A DNA stretch of 64,000 bases, from positions 128,001 to 192,000 of the forward strand of contig CAWDRG010000010.1 in assembly GCA_963804645.1 (NCBI GenBank). The letters are read 5' to 3'. The notes beneath the pieces were generated by a model that was not told the origin of the DNA, made no database searches, and saw only the letters and a list, made by a program, of their open reading frames with translations. Each line of letters starts with the position of its first letter. The stretch's first letter is position 1. Below are positions 11,279 through 21,988 of this stretch, one piece after another. A program made the translations under genes and the position numbers. The stretch is from an uncultured Bacillota bacterium (GTDB lineage Bacteria; Sysuimicrobiota; Sysuimicrobiia; Sysuimicrobiales; Segetimicrobiaceae).

Positions 11279-11350
11279 CCGGACGGGTGCACCGCCGGAG
11301 CATCAACCGGCGGGTCCCAGCACGCCCCCCGCGCAGAGCCGAATGGGACC

Positions 11351-12079
11351 CTACAGCGCGGGACGAAACGGGAACACTTGCAGGATCCAGCCGTCGAGCC
11401 GGTACACCCAGTCGAAGAGCAGCGAGGCCCCCATCACCACGAGGAAGGCACCGCTGACAACCTGGATCGTTCGCAGGTATCGGCTGACCGACCGCAGCAT
11501 GCGGAACCCGGTCGTGAGCAGCAGCGCGGTTCCGAGGAACGGCAGCCCGAGCCCCAATGCGTAGACGAACAGCAGCGTCGCGCCATCGCCCGCCCGCTGC
11601 GTCGTCGCGGCGAGCGTCAGAATCGCCCCGAGGATCGGGCCCACGCACGGGATCCACGCGAACCCGAAGGCCATGCCGACCAGCAGGATGCCGGCCCACC
11701 CCGTCGGACGCTGTGTGATCTGGACGCGCCGCTCCCGGAACAACCCCGGGATCGGGACGGCCCCCAACATCACCAGCCCGAGCAGGATCACGATCGCGCC
11801 CCCGATGCGGCTCAGCAGTTCGCGGTTGGACAGCACAAAGCCGCCCACCAGCGACGCCGATGCCCCGAGCGACGTAAAGATCAGGGAGAACCCGAGCACG
11901 AACAGCGTCGTCGCGCCGAGAATTCGGCCGAAGTGCCGGCGGCGGTCCGCCTGCTCCATCTCCGCAAGGGACACGCCCGAGACGAACGACAGATACCCGG
12001 GGATCAGGGGCACGACGCAGGGCGAGAAAAACCCCAGGACGCCCGCCGCGAACGCGATCAGCAGATTCAGATGCGCCAC
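11351..12079 (-). CDS. ccdA: Cytochrome c biogenesis/disulfide transfer protein CcdA
   Basis: FFSPCVVPLIPGYL and WIPCVGPILG motifs; hydrophobic. Confidence 0.9.
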   Translation of the reverse strand: MAHLNLLIAFAAGVLGFFSPCVVPLIPGYLSFVSGVSLAEMEQADRRRHFGRILGATTLFVLGFSLIFTSLGASASLVGGFVLSNRELLSRIGGAIVILLGLVMLGAVPIPGLFRERRVQITQRPTGWAGILLVGMAFGFAWIPCVGPILGAILTLAATTQRAGDGATLLFVYALGLGLPFLGTALLLTTGFRMLRSVSRYLRTIQVVSGAFLVVMGASLLFDWVYRLDGWILQVFPFRPAL

Positions 12080-12125
12080 GCGCGTCCCTCCGCCCCCACC
12101 CGCCGGGGTGCCCCGTACCGCCCGT

Positions 12126-12617
12126 TCATCGGTGGACGAGCGTCTCGATGGTGGCTTCGAGCGCCTGCTCGCTCGACGGCCCGTACTCCGCCCGCAGCAG
12201 GGTGCCGTCCTTCGCGATCACGGCCCAGAACGGCTGGACCGTGAAGCCGTACGCCTTCGCAATGCGGCCGTTATCGTCGTAGCCGTTCGGGAACGTCAGG
12301 TGGTACCGCTGCACGAACGCCTCGACGCCGGGCTTGGTGTCGAGGAGCCCGAACCCGACGATCGCGATCCCTTTACCTTGCCAGCGCTGATACGCGCGCT
12401 CCCACCCCGGCGCCTCACCGTTGCATGTCGGGCACCACGGCGCCCAAAACAGCAGGATCACCGGCGTACCCTTCAGGTCGGAGAGGCTGAGCATCTTTCC
12501 GCTGAGCAAGGGGAGGGTAAACGCGGGGGCGAGCCGCGGCGCAGCGGATGCCGCCGGCAGTGCTACAAGCGCCAGCGTCACCGCCCACAATGCCATTCGC
12601 ACCAACACCCTCGACAT
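12126..12617 (-). CDS. TlpA/ResA-like thiol-disulfide oxidoreductase
   Basis: Signal-like N-terminus, APAFTL, FWAPWCPTC; adjacent to ccdA. Confidence 0.88.
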   Translation of the reverse strand: MSRVLVRMALWAVTLALVALPAASAAPRLAPAFTLPLLSGKMLSLSDLKGTPVILLFWAPWCPTCNGEAPGWERAYQRWQGKGIAIVGFGLLDTKPGVEAFVQRYHLTFPNGYDDNGRIAKAYGFTVQPFWAVIAKDGTLLRAEYGPSSEQALEATIETLVHR

Positions 12618-12836
12618 TCGGCCGCATCCCTCCGGCGAACCACGTTCCCACCCGCTACCGTACCCTTCTATTGTAACGAAATGCCGCGCGGTGGTGAAGC
12701 CGCGCCGTCCCGCCGCGCCCGGGGTGCATGGCAGGAGCCGTGCGGCGTCGCGGTGTATCGGCCACGATGAGGTCAACCGCCGTCATCACACAGGACTTGC
12801 GGCGGCACGCGACATCGGGAACACGGGGGGCACACG

Positions 12837-14090
12837 GTGGCAAGGAAACCGGTCAAGAGACAGTCCGTCAAGAAGGCATCCCGGACGACGTCGACCACGC
12901 ACATCGTCCACCGAGACCCCGCGGCGCCGGCCCATCCCGGTCCGGGGCGTTCCGGACGGGTCTTCCACGCGCAACGGTTCCCCGCCGCCGGGTTTTCCAC
13001 GATCAAGAGCCCCTCGCAGTCATCGCCGCTGCAGCCGCTGCCAACGCCGACCGGGTTTCCGCCGTTTCATCTGTCGTTGGATTCGGTGCTGTCTGCGACC
13101 GCGATCCAGCGGATCCAACAGAGCGGACGGCTCGTCCTGCACGCGGTCGGCGACACGGGCGGGGTCAACACCCCCACGCCGCAGGAGGTCGTCGCCCGCT
13201 ACATGGAGCAGGATTTCGCGACCACCGGCGATCTGTCGCGCAACCCGTCGTTTTTCTACCACATCGGCGACGTCGTCTATTACGCGGGCGAGACCGCGAA
13301 CTATTATGCCGAGTTTTATGAGCCGTACAACCAGTACCCGGCGCCGATCGTCGCGATTCCCGGGAACCACGACGGCGACGTCAATCCCAACGCTCCCGAG
13401 GCGTCACTCGCCGCGTTCGTCCGCAACTTTTGCGCGAAGATCCCCGTGCATACCCCCGAAGCGCAGGATTCGCCGAGACAGGCGATGACCCAACCGAACG
13501 TGTACTGGACGCTCGAGGCCGAGCTCGCCACGATCATCGGGCTTTACAGCAACTGTCCAGAGGGCGGCGAGCTCGACCAGACCCAGATCGCGTGGTTCCA
13601 GGAAGAACTCGCCGCCGCCCCGCGCAACCAGGCCCTGATCGTCGCGGTCCATCATCCGATCTATTCGGCCTACGGACCGCATCCGGGGAGCCAGCCTCTC
13701 AATGCGGTATTGGAGGCCGCGTGCCAAGCGAGCGGACGGACGCCGGACCTGGTGCTCACCGGGCACGTGCACAACTACCAGCGGTTTACCGCGCCGCTGG
13801 CCGGGCGCACGATCAACTTCATCGTGGCGGGGGCCGGCGGCTACAACCAGCAGCTCCACATGCTCGCGAAGGAGTTCAACGCCACGAAGGTGCCGATCCA
13901 GATGGCCGGATCCCCGGGAACGCTGCAGAGCTTCTGTGACACGAACCACGGCTATCTCGTAATTCAGGTCACCGCCACGTCGATCCACTGCGAGTACCGT
14001 GCGCTCCCGAACGTGGATCCCAATCTTCCCGCCGCGAAGCTGCCGGCGGCCAAAGTGTACGACACCGTCGACATTCCCATCGGCGGATAG
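12837..14090 (+). CDS. Calcineurin-like metallophosphoesterase
   Basis: VGDTG, IGDVVY, PGNHD, HHP and GHVHNY motifs. Confidence 0.88.
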   Translation: MARKPVKRQSVKKASRTTSTTHIVHRDPAAPAHPGPGRSGRVFHAQRFPAAGFSTIKSPSQSSPLQPLPTPTGFPPFHLSLDSVLSATAIQRIQQSGRLVLHAVGDTGGVNTPTPQEVVARYMEQDFATTGDLSRNPSFFYHIGDVVYYAGETANYYAEFYEPYNQYPAPIVAIPGNHDGDVNPNAPEASLAAFVRNFCAKIPVHTPEAQDSPRQAMTQPNVYWTLEAELATIIGLYSNCPEGGELDQTQIAWFQEELAAAPRNQALIVAVHHPIYSAYGPHPGSQPLNAVLEAACQASGRTPDLVLTGHVHNYQRFTAPLAGRTINFIVAGAGGYNQQLHMLAKEFNATKVPIQMAGSPGTLQSFCDTNHGYLVIQVTATSIHCEYRALPNVDPNLPAAKLPAAKVYDTVDIPIGG

Positions 14091-14122
14091 CGCGCCAGGC
14101 GCGCGAGGGACCGCGACCCCGG

Positions 14123-14575
14123 TTACCAGACCCTGACCGGGATGCCCTGGAGCGCCCGCAGATAACAGATTTGTCCCCCGTGGTAGCTGTCGTGGGCAAT
14201 GAGGCCTCGGACCGTGTCGAGGTCCGCGGCGGCGTGGGCTGCGAGCGCCGCCGCCACGCGCGCCTGCGCGTCACGGAGCCCCTGCAGCGACGCGCGCCAC
14301 GCGTGCTCCGTGACCGCTGGGATCGGACGCCAGTCCACGCCCACGTGCCATCCTGAGGGGCGCGGCGGCTCTCCCGAGATCCGCCGCGCCCCGCCGTCCT
14401 TCCAGAGCGCCACGTGATCGACAATCTGCCAGATCGAATTCCGCGAGGGCGCCGGCGTCCAGGCCGCCTGGGCGGCGGTCAGGTCCCTCACCGAGTCCCA
14501 GAGTGACACATGCCACCCCTCCTTGCCGAACACGAAGTCCATCCATTCTCTGAGAGACAACGACGTCGCGTCCAC
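14123..14575 (-). CDS. DinB family protein
   Basis: NSIWQIVDH...HDSYHGGQI. Confidence 0.85.
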   Translation of the reverse strand: MDATSLSLREWMDFVFGKEGWHVSLWDSVRDLTAAQAAWTPAPSRNSIWQIVDHVALWKDGGARRISGEPPRPSGWHVGVDWRPIPAVTEHAWRASLQGLRDAQARVAAALAAHAAADLDTVRGLIAHDSYHGGQICYLRALQGIPVRVW

Positions 14576-14991
14576 GATGCCACCTCTTCCCGCCGTGCGT
14601 ATCTCGCACGACCGTAGGTCGCCGCACGGTCCTTGACCGCGCCTGCCTTCGGCGGCCGCGGGGTTCCGGCCGCGGGCCCGTTAATGCACCCGCCGCCCGC
14701 GCTAACCTCTTCGCCGATTGATACGGCGGATCCGGCTCGAGCGCCGTCGGTGTCATGGGTATCTCGCGGCGTTCGCAAGAGGCGGCTCCGCTGCCCGGAT
14801 GGGCCCGACCCGCGTCGAGCAGCCGGGCCCAACCCGCCGGCCTTCGAACCCGAGCGGAGCGCTCATGACCGCGGGGCCGGCAGGGACGGGCGGGCGCGTT
14901 CGCGTATACCGCGATTCCGGCCATCCCGCCACCGTGGCGAAGTCCGGCCGGGACGCGGCCGGCGGCGGTGGGCGGCGAAGGAGGAAGAGCC

Positions 14992-15825
14992 GTGGCGGAA
15001 CCGCGCGTGATCTACCAAGGCGGCCAGGGGACACCGATCGACGCGGACCAGGAGTTCTACGGACGCCTCGCCCGGGACACTGACCGGCGGACGCTGGTCG
15101 ACAGGTTCGTCATCCCCCGCCGGTCCGGACGGGCCTGGATCGTCCCCGCCACCCACCTGTGTCGCATCGTCGCGAACGAAGGGCCGCAGGTCGGCGACTT
15201 GAACCTCTGGAACGCCCATAATCCCCGCGAGCGGTTTTGGGCGTCGCGGACCCGGCAGCTGCATGCCGCCCACGTGACGACGTACGATCGGCTGTGGTCG
15301 TGCCTCCCGTACTTGCGCCCGCTCGTGACCATCACGGGCGACAGCGTCGGCTACGGACTTGACGAGGACGGGGCGGGATGCCACGACCTCCTCGGCACCC
15401 GCTGCGACCCCTATGTGCACAAACTGCTCAACGGCGAGGAACTCGACGTCTGCTGTCACTCCAACCTTGTCCGGGCGGTTTCGGTGGCGCCGTACCGCCT
15501 CACCGAACTGGACGTGCACGATGTCCTCAACGTCTTTCAGGTCACCGGACTAACCCGCGACGGACGGTACTTCGTGAAACCAAGCCCCGCCCGGCGAGGA
15601 GATTTCTTCGAGTTTTTCGCGGAGCTGGATGTGCTCTGCGCGCTGTCGACGTGTCCGCACGGCGACCTTTCCGTGGCGATGTGGGGCTCGGAGCGCGCGG
15701 ATCCCCTCGACACCTGCCGCCCGCTGGCGGTCGAAGTGTACAGACCGGCGCCGGAGCTTCTCGACGGCTGGACCCCGCCGCGACAGGCCGACTACCGAGG
15801 CCTGCACGGGCTGACGCCGCCATAA
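14992..15825 (+). CDS. Urea carboxylase-associated family protein (DUF1989)
   Basis: GPQVGDLNLW, HDLLGTRCDP, CCHSNL, LNVF, STCPHGD; AAGGAGG RBS. Confidence 0.85.
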   Translation: MAEPRVIYQGGQGTPIDADQEFYGRLARDTDRRTLVDRFVIPRRSGRAWIVPATHLCRIVANEGPQVGDLNLWNAHNPRERFWASRTRQLHAAHVTTYDRLWSCLPYLRPLVTITGDSVGYGLDEDGAGCHDLLGTRCDPYVHKLLNGEELDVCCHSNLVRAVSVAPYRLTELDVHDVLNVFQVTGLTRDGRYFVKPSPARRGDFFEFFAELDVLCALSTCPHGDLSVAMWGSERADPLDTCRPLAVEVYRPAPELLDGWTPPRQADYRGLHGLTPP

Positions 15826-15990
15826 GGAAAGGAGTCCCGGCACGGGGCTGGTAATCCTACCGAGACCGCGCGGGCTGCGCGCTCGCGGCACCGCGGAGCG
15901 ATCCGCACGCGCGGCCGGGGCATCCGCCCGCAGGGGACCACGCGCAGGTAAGCGCGAACAGGCTGGTACGTCGGTGGAGGATGGGCGCGC

Positions 15991-16752
15991 ATGAAACTGC
16001 GGGAGCGGGTCGCGATCATCACCGGATCCAGCATGGGAATCGGCGAGGCGATCGCCTGGGACTACGCGCGCGAGGGGGCGCGGCTCGTGCTTCACTCCCG
16101 CGCGCAGGAACGGGCGGAACGCGTGGCCGGCGCCCTGCGGGCCCAGGGGCACGACGCGGTCGCGATCGCCGGTGACGTGCGCGAGCCGGCCACGGCGGCG
16201 CGGCTCGTCGATGCGGCGGTCGCCCGGTGGGAGCGCCTGGACATCCTGGTCAACAACGCGGGAACGTCCATGATCGGCGCGTCCGAAACGCTGCCCGCCG
16301 AAGGGTGGCAGATGACGATCGATACCAACCTGTCGGGCGCGTTCTTCTGCGCCCAGGCGGCGGCGAGGGTCATGATCCCCCGCCGGCGCGGCGTCATCCT
16401 GAACATCTCCTCGATCCTCGGCGAGGTCGGGCTTCCCAAGCGTGCTGCGTACTGCGCGAGTAAGCACGGGCTCATCGGCCTGACGAAGGTGCTCGCCGCG
16501 GAGTGGGCGCGGCACCGCATCCGGGTCCTCAGCATTGATCCCGCGTACATCAAGACGCCGATGGACGTGCACGATCAGGCGACCGGGGATTACACGGATG
16601 CGGACATCGAACGGCGGACGCCCGCGGGACGCTTTGGGACCGTTGAGGACGTGGCGCGCGCCGCGCTCTTCGCGGCGTCCGACGACGCCGATTACATCAC
16701 CGGTTCGTGCATCACGGTCGACGGCGGGTGGGTCGCCTACGGTGGCTGGTAA
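15991..16752 (+). CDS. SDR family oxidoreductase
   Basis: TGSSMGIG, NNAG, YCASK. Confidence 0.92.
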   Translation: MKLRERVAIITGSSMGIGEAIAWDYAREGARLVLHSRAQERAERVAGALRAQGHDAVAIAGDVREPATAARLVDAAVARWERLDILVNNAGTSMIGASETLPAEGWQMTIDTNLSGAFFCAQAAARVMIPRRRGVILNISSILGEVGLPKRAAYCASKHGLIGLTKVLAAEWARHRIRVLSIDPAYIKTPMDVHDQATGDYTDADIERRTPAGRFGTVEDVARAALFAASDDADYITGSCITVDGGWVAYGGW

Positions 16753-16786
16753 ACGCGACGGGCCGGGCCGGACCCGCCACCCTGAA

Positions 16787-17770
16787 GTGACGGAGCCGCG
16801 GCTCAGCGCCGCCGACCTTCGCGATCTCCTTCGATACATGCTGCTGCAGCGTCTCGCGGAGGAGCGCATCGTCGCCCTCTACCGTGGGGGCATGATCGTG
16901 GGCGCCTGCTTCACGGGCTACGGCCACGAGGCGACCACGGTCGGCGCCGCCTTTGCGCTCGGCCCCGACGACGTCGCCGCGACCCTGCACCGCGATCTCG
17001 GCGCACGGCTGGTCCTCGGGATGCCACTGCGGTACTACTTCGCGAACTTCTTGGGCCGCGTGGGCTCGCCGACCCGGGGACGGGAAGGCAACCTCCATAT
17101 CGGCGGCCTGGGACCGCGCATTCTCCTCCACACCGATTTCATCGGTGCCAACGTCCCCGTGGCGGCCGGCGCGGCGCTCGCGTTCGCGGTCCGCCAGGAG
17201 ACGCGGGTCGCGATGGCGTTCTTCGGCGAAGGGACGCTGGCTACGGGAGAGTTCCACGAAGGGGCGAATCTCGCCGCGGTGCTGCGGCTGCCGCTCGTCC
17301 TTGTCTGCTGGAACAATCAATTCGCGTACTCGACGCCGGTCGACCGAGAGGTGGCGGGTCCGATCGTCGATCGGATGGCGGGGTACGGCATGGCCGCCGC
17401 GGCCGTGGACGGCAATGACGTGCTCGCCGTGCACGCGGCCGCGCGGGAGGCGGTCGACCGCGCGCGTCGCGGTGGCGGGCCCACGTTCCTCGAATGCCGG
17501 ACGATGCGCATGCGGGGCCACTCCGAGGCCGACAACGCGACCTACGTGCCTCAGACGCTGCTCGACGAGTGGCGCGGGCGCGATCCCGTGGAGCGCTTCG
17601 AGGCCTGGCTTGCGGAGGCCGGCGTGCTGGACCGCGCCGCCATCGAGCGGGTGCGCGCCGAGGTGCTCGCGGAGGTCGACGAGTCGCTGGCGTGGGCGGA
17701 AGCCAGCCCGGCTCCCGAGGCATCCGAGGTGACCCGCGGCGTCTACTGCGAGGAACGGCCATGGCCGTGA
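16787..17770 (+). CDS. TPP-dependent 2-oxoacid dehydrogenase E1 alpha subunit
   Basis: GHEA, FGEG...FHEGANLA, NNQFA, RMRGHS. Confidence 0.9.
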   Translation: MTEPRLSAADLRDLLRYMLLQRLAEERIVALYRGGMIVGACFTGYGHEATTVGAAFALGPDDVAATLHRDLGARLVLGMPLRYYFANFLGRVGSPTRGREGNLHIGGLGPRILLHTDFIGANVPVAAGAALAFAVRQETRVAMAFFGEGTLATGEFHEGANLAAVLRLPLVLVCWNNQFAYSTPVDREVAGPIVDRMAGYGMAAAAVDGNDVLAVHAAAREAVDRARRGGGPTFLECRTMRMRGHSEADNATYVPQTLLDEWRGRDPVERFEAWLAEAGVLDRAAIERVRAEVLAEVDESLAWAEASPAPEASEVTRGVYCEERPWP

Positions 17771-18735
17771 TGACCTATCTGGAGGCCATCACGGACGGCT
17801 TGCGCGAGGCGATGCGGGCGGATCCGTCGGTCATCGTCCTGGGCGAAGACATCGCCGCGTACGGCGGCGCCTTCAAGGTCACGCAAGGCCTGTTCGAGGA
17901 GTTTGGGCCGCTGCGCGTGATCGATACGCCGATCTCCGAGTCCGCGATCGTCGGCGCGGCGGTCGGCGCGGCGCTGCTCGGCATGCGACCGGTCGCGGAA
18001 ATGCAGTTCGCCGACTTCATCGCCAGCGCGTTCAACCAGCTCACGAATGTCGCGGCGACGTCCGCGTACCGCGCCGGGGGCTGCCTGCCACTGGTCGTCC
18101 GCGCGCCGTGCGGTGCCGGGACCCACGGCGGTCCCTTCCACTCGCAATCTGTCGAAGCGTACTTTTTCCACACGCCCGGCCTCAAGATCGTCATGCCGGC
18201 GACGCCCGAGGACGCGAAAGGCTTGCTGCTCGCCGCGATCGCGGACCCGAACCCGGTGCTGTTCCTCGAGCACAAGGCGCTGTACCGGTCTGAGAAGGGC
18301 GAGGTCGCCGCCGGGATGGCGCGCGTGCCGCTCGGCCGAGCGGCCCTCCGCCGCCCCGGCCGCGATGTCACGGTCGTGACCTACGGCATGATGGTGCACC
18401 GGTGTCTTGAGGCGGCGGACGCGGCGGCGGCCGAGGGGGTCGAGGCGGAGGTCCTCGACCTGCGCACCCTCCTGCCGCTGGACGAGGACGCCGTCGGCGC
18501 GTCGGTCGCGCGCACGAGTCGGGCGCTCGTCGTCCACGAAGACCGGCTGCGGGGCGGGATCGGGGCCGAGATTGCCGCCGCGCTGGGCGAGCGCTTGTTC
18601 ACCTCGCTCGATGCCCCGATCCGCCGGATCGGCGCGCCGGACACGCCGGTGCCGTACGCCCCGGCGCTCGAGGCGGCATACCTGCCGGACGTCGACCGGA
18701 TTCGGACGGCGATCGTCGAACTGGGGCGCTGGTAG
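17761..18735 (+). CDS. 2-oxoacid dehydrogenase E1 beta subunit
   Basis: GEDI, DTPISES, EMQFADF, HSQS. Confidence 0.92.
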   Translation: MAVMTYLEAITDGLREAMRADPSVIVLGEDIAAYGGAFKVTQGLFEEFGPLRVIDTPISESAIVGAAVGAALLGMRPVAEMQFADFIASAFNQLTNVAATSAYRAGGCLPLVVRAPCGAGTHGGPFHSQSVEAYFFHTPGLKIVMPATPEDAKGLLLAAIADPNPVLFLEHKALYRSEKGEVAAGMARVPLGRAALRRPGRDVTVVTYGMMVHRCLEAADAAAAEGVEAEVLDLRTLLPLDEDAVGASVARTSRALVVHEDRLRGGIGAEIAAALGERLFTSLDAPIRRIGAPDTPVPYAPALEAAYLPDVDRIRTAIVELGRW

Positions 18736-18844
18736 GCGCCGGCACCGCGACGCGCCCCGATGAAACTTCGGAGCGGCGGGAGATCGTAAGAGGACGGTGT
18801 GCGGTGCCACGGGACCGCACAACACGCACCAGGGAGGTGACGGC

Positions 18845-19969
18845 ATGCGACGATGGATGGTCGTGGGCGTCTTGCTGGCCACGGCGCTGGCACTTCAGGT
18901 ACCGGGGTACGGAGCGGCGGGCGCACCTGTCTTGATCGGCGTCACCGTGCCGCTGTCGGGAAGCAGCGCGGAGGCGGGCCAGGACGTCCTCCAAGGGGCG
19001 CAGCTCGCGGTCAACCAGGCGAACGCCAAGGGCGGTGTACTCGGCCGCCAGATCCAGATCGTCTCCGCGGACGACGCGTGCGACGCGCAGCAGGGCGTCA
19101 CCGCGGCCCAGAAGCTCGTCGACGCGGGCGTCGTCGCGGTCGCGGGGGGCTATTGCTCCTCGGCCGCGATCCCGGCCAGCGGCGTGTTCAACAAGGCGGG
19201 GGTCGCATTCGTCGCGGACGCGTCGACCAACCCGACCCTGACGGAGCAGGGCTTCAACAACGTGTTCCGCGACATCGGCCGCGACGACCTGCAGGGGCCG
19301 TTCGCCGCGAACTTCATGCTGAACACGCTGCACGCGCACCGCATCGCGATCGTGCACGACAACACCGTGTACGCGAAGGGATTGGCCCAGGCGACCCAAA
19401 CGGCGCTCCAGGGCAAGCCGGGCGTCACGATCGTGTACTTCGACGCGATCACCCCGGGGGATAAGGACTTCAGCGCGGTCCTCACCAAGATCAAGGGCCT
19501 CAAGCCCGACGTGCTGTACTTCACCGGCTACTACGCCGAGGGCGGGCTGATGGCGAAGCAGTTCAAGGACCTCGGCGTGCCGGGACACTTCATGGCCGGG
19601 GACGCCAACAGCGATCCGGCGTTCCTCCAGGAGGCCGGCTCCGCCGCCGACGGCGATATGATTACCACCGCCCCGATCGCGGCGTTCCTGCCCGCGGCCA
19701 AGGCCTTCATCGCCGCGTACACGGCGAAGTACGGCAAGGCGCCCGGTCCCTACTCGGCCTATGAGTACGACGCGACCAACATCGTGATCGCCGCGATCAA
19801 GCGCGCCGGCTCGACGGACCGCGCCTCGGTTATCAAGTCACTCGCCGAGACCAAGAACTTCCCGGGGATCACCGGCTCGATCTCGTTCAATGCGAAGGGC
19901 GACCGCTCGGGCAGCGCGTACATGGTGCTGCTGGTCAAGAACGGCCAGTTCACGGCCTATGGCATGTAG
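18845..19969 (+). CDS. livK: Branched-chain amino acid ABC transporter substrate-binding protein
   Basis: Signal peptide, PLSG, DDACD, GGYCSS. Confidence 0.9.
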   Translation: MRRWMVVGVLLATALALQVPGYGAAGAPVLIGVTVPLSGSSAEAGQDVLQGAQLAVNQANAKGGVLGRQIQIVSADDACDAQQGVTAAQKLVDAGVVAVAGGYCSSAAIPASGVFNKAGVAFVADASTNPTLTEQGFNNVFRDIGRDDLQGPFAANFMLNTLHAHRIAIVHDNTVYAKGLAQATQTALQGKPGVTIVYFDAITPGDKDFSAVLTKIKGLKPDVLYFTGYYAEGGLMAKQFKDLGVPGHFMAGDANSDPAFLQEAGSAADGDMITTAPIAAFLPAAKAFIAAYTAKYGKAPGPYSAYEYDATNIVIAAIKRAGSTDRASVIKSLAETKNFPGITGSISFNAKGDRSGSAYMVLLVKNGQFTAYGM

Positions 19970-20084
19970 GCCGGCGTCGGCCCGCCGGCCGCACGGCACG
20001 TCGGCCGCGAGCGGGACCGGATGACGGACGCGTGGCGGGGCCGCCCGTTTGGGGCGGCCCCGGCGCGCCGCCGGCGGTGATCCG

Positions 20085-20984
20085 ATGGACATCGCGCTCC
20101 AGCAGCTGGTGAACGGCCTGACGGTGGGGGCGTTCTACGCGCTGGTCGCGCTCGGGTACACCATGGTCTACGGCATCATCCGCCTGATCAACTTCGCGCA
20201 GGGCGATCTGTACAGCGTCGGGGCGTTTCTCGGCCTGTCGCTTCTGGGCCTGCTCGGCGGGCTCACCACGCGCAGCGCGGCGCTCGCGACACTGCTGGGC
20301 CTGCTTGGGGCGATGGCGCTCACCGCAGTCCTCGGGGTGGTGATCTACCGCGTAGCCTACCGGCCACTGCTGGGATCGCGGCTGTCGATCCTCATCTCCG
20401 CGATCGGCGCGTCGCTGACGCTGGAATACAGTTTGTACCTCATCTACAGCCCGTCGTACCTCGTCTACCCGAACCCGTTCGGGACGGGCGGACCGCCGCT
20501 CGGGGACATCGTCGTCTCCTGGATCCAAATCGTCATCTTCGTCGTGAGCCTCCTCCTGATGGCGGCGCTCTACACCCTGGTCCACCGCACGAAGCTCGGC
20601 CTGGCGATGCGCGCGCTCGCGATCAACCAAGACGCCGCGCGGCTGATGGGGATCGACGTGGATCGCGTGATCGCCATGACGTTCGCGATCGGCGCGTCGC
20701 TCGCCGCGTTCGGCGGCGTCACGACCGGGCTCTACTACGGTCAGATCTCGTTCCTGATGGGCTTCCTGGCGGGATTGAAGGCGTTCACGGCGGCGGTACT
20801 CGGCGGCATCGGCAACATTCCCGGCGCGATGCTGGGAGGGTTCATCGTCGGCATCGTGGAGAGCCTCGCCACCGGATACATCTCGGGCCGCTGGAAGGAC
20901 GTCATCACGTTCGCCGTGCTGATCTTTATTCTGGTCGTACGTCCCCGCGGCCTTCTCGGCGAGCGGGTCGTCGAACGGATGTGA
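20085..20984 (+). CDS. livH: Branched-chain amino acid ABC permease
   Basis: QQLVNGL...YALVALGYTMVYG...INFAQG. Confidence 0.92.
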   Translation: MDIALQQLVNGLTVGAFYALVALGYTMVYGIIRLINFAQGDLYSVGAFLGLSLLGLLGGLTTRSAALATLLGLLGAMALTAVLGVVIYRVAYRPLLGSRLSILISAIGASLTLEYSLYLIYSPSYLVYPNPFGTGGPPLGDIVVSWIQIVIFVVSLLLMAALYTLVHRTKLGLAMRALAINQDAARLMGIDVDRVIAMTFAIGASLAAFGGVTTGLYYGQISFLMGFLAGLKAFTAAVLGGIGNIPGAMLGGFIVGIVESLATGYISGRWKDVITFAVLIFILVVRPRGLLGERVVERM

Positions 20985-21988
20985 CGCGCCGCCAAGGCAC
21001 GGCAGCCCGTCTGCGCCTCGGCGCGGCGGTCGCGGTCGGAATCGCGGCGTTGGCGCTGCCGCTGGTCGCCAGCCCGTACGTGGTCGACGTCGCCACGCTC
21101 ATCTGCCTCTACGTCATGCTCGGCCTCGGCCTCAATATCGTCGTCGGGTACGCGGGCCTGCTCGATCTCGGGTACGCGGCGTTCTTCGCGATCGGGGCGT
21201 ATACCACCGCGATCATGATGGTCCGCTACCACCAGCCGTACTGGGCGACGATCCCGGTCGCGGCGCTGCTCACGACGGCGTCGGGGGTGGTGATCGGCAC
21301 CCCCACGCTCCGGCTGCGCAGCGACTATCTGGCGATCGTCACGCTGGGGTTCGGCGAGATCGTGCGCATCACCGCGACGAACCTGGACTTCACCGGCGGC
21401 CCGGACGGCGTGTGGGGGATCCCGCGGCCCGCGATCGGGTCCTGGGTGCTGAGCAGCGGGACGTCACTGTACTATCTTGGGCTGGTGCTCGCGGCCTGCG
21501 TCCTCGTGGTCGCCTACAACGTGGCGCACTCCCGGCTCGGACGGGCGTGGCTGGCGATCCGCGAGGATGAGATCGCCGCCCGGGCGGCGGGCATCAATAC
21601 CGTCGTGTTCAAGCTCAAAGCGTACATGATGGGAGCGCTGCTTGGGGGCATCGGCGGGTCATTCTTCGCGATCAAGCTCACCGCGGTCGACCCCACGAGC
21701 TTCACCTTCGTGCAGTCGGTGAACATCCTCATGGTCGTCGTCCTCGGCGGGATGGGGAGCCTGCCGGGGGTCGTGCTCGGCGCGGCCGTCATCGTCGGGC
21801 TGCCCGAGGTGCTGCGCGCGTTTCAGACGATCCGGGTGCTGGCGTTCGGGCTGGGCCTGATCATCATGATGCTGCTCCGCCCGCAGGGCCTGTGGCCGAG
21901 CCGCACGGGAGAGGTCGCGCGAGAGACCCCGCCGACGTCCCCGCTGCGCCAGCGGCCTCTCGGGCCGCGCGAAGAGGGCGTCCCGTGA
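20981..21988 (+). CDS. livM: Branched-chain amino acid ABC permease
   Basis: GLNIVVGYAGLLDLGY, LRSDYLAIVTLGFGEI. Confidence 0.92.
   Translation: MTRRQGTAARLRLGAAVAVGIAALALPLVASPYVVDVATLICLYVMLGLGLNIVVGYAGLLDLGYAAFFAIGAYTTAIMMVRYHQPYWATIPVAALLTTASGVVIGTPTLRLRSDYLAIVTLGFGEIVRITATNLDFTGGPDGVWGIPRPAIGSWVLSSGTSLYYLGLVLAACVLVVAYNVAHSRLGRAWLAIREDEIAARAAGINTVVFKLKAYMMGALLGGIGGSFFAIKLTAVDPTSFTFVQSVNILMVVVLGGMGSLPGVVLGAAVIVGLPEVLRAFQTIRVLAFGLGLIIMMLLRPQGLWPSRTGEVARETPPTSPLRQRPLGPREEGVP

Noticed and set aside
14580..14990. Guanidine riboswitch upstream of DUF1989
   Set aside because: Only a GGGTTCCG fragment; no guanidine-I 3' motif, paired ACGR hairpins or class III pattern found
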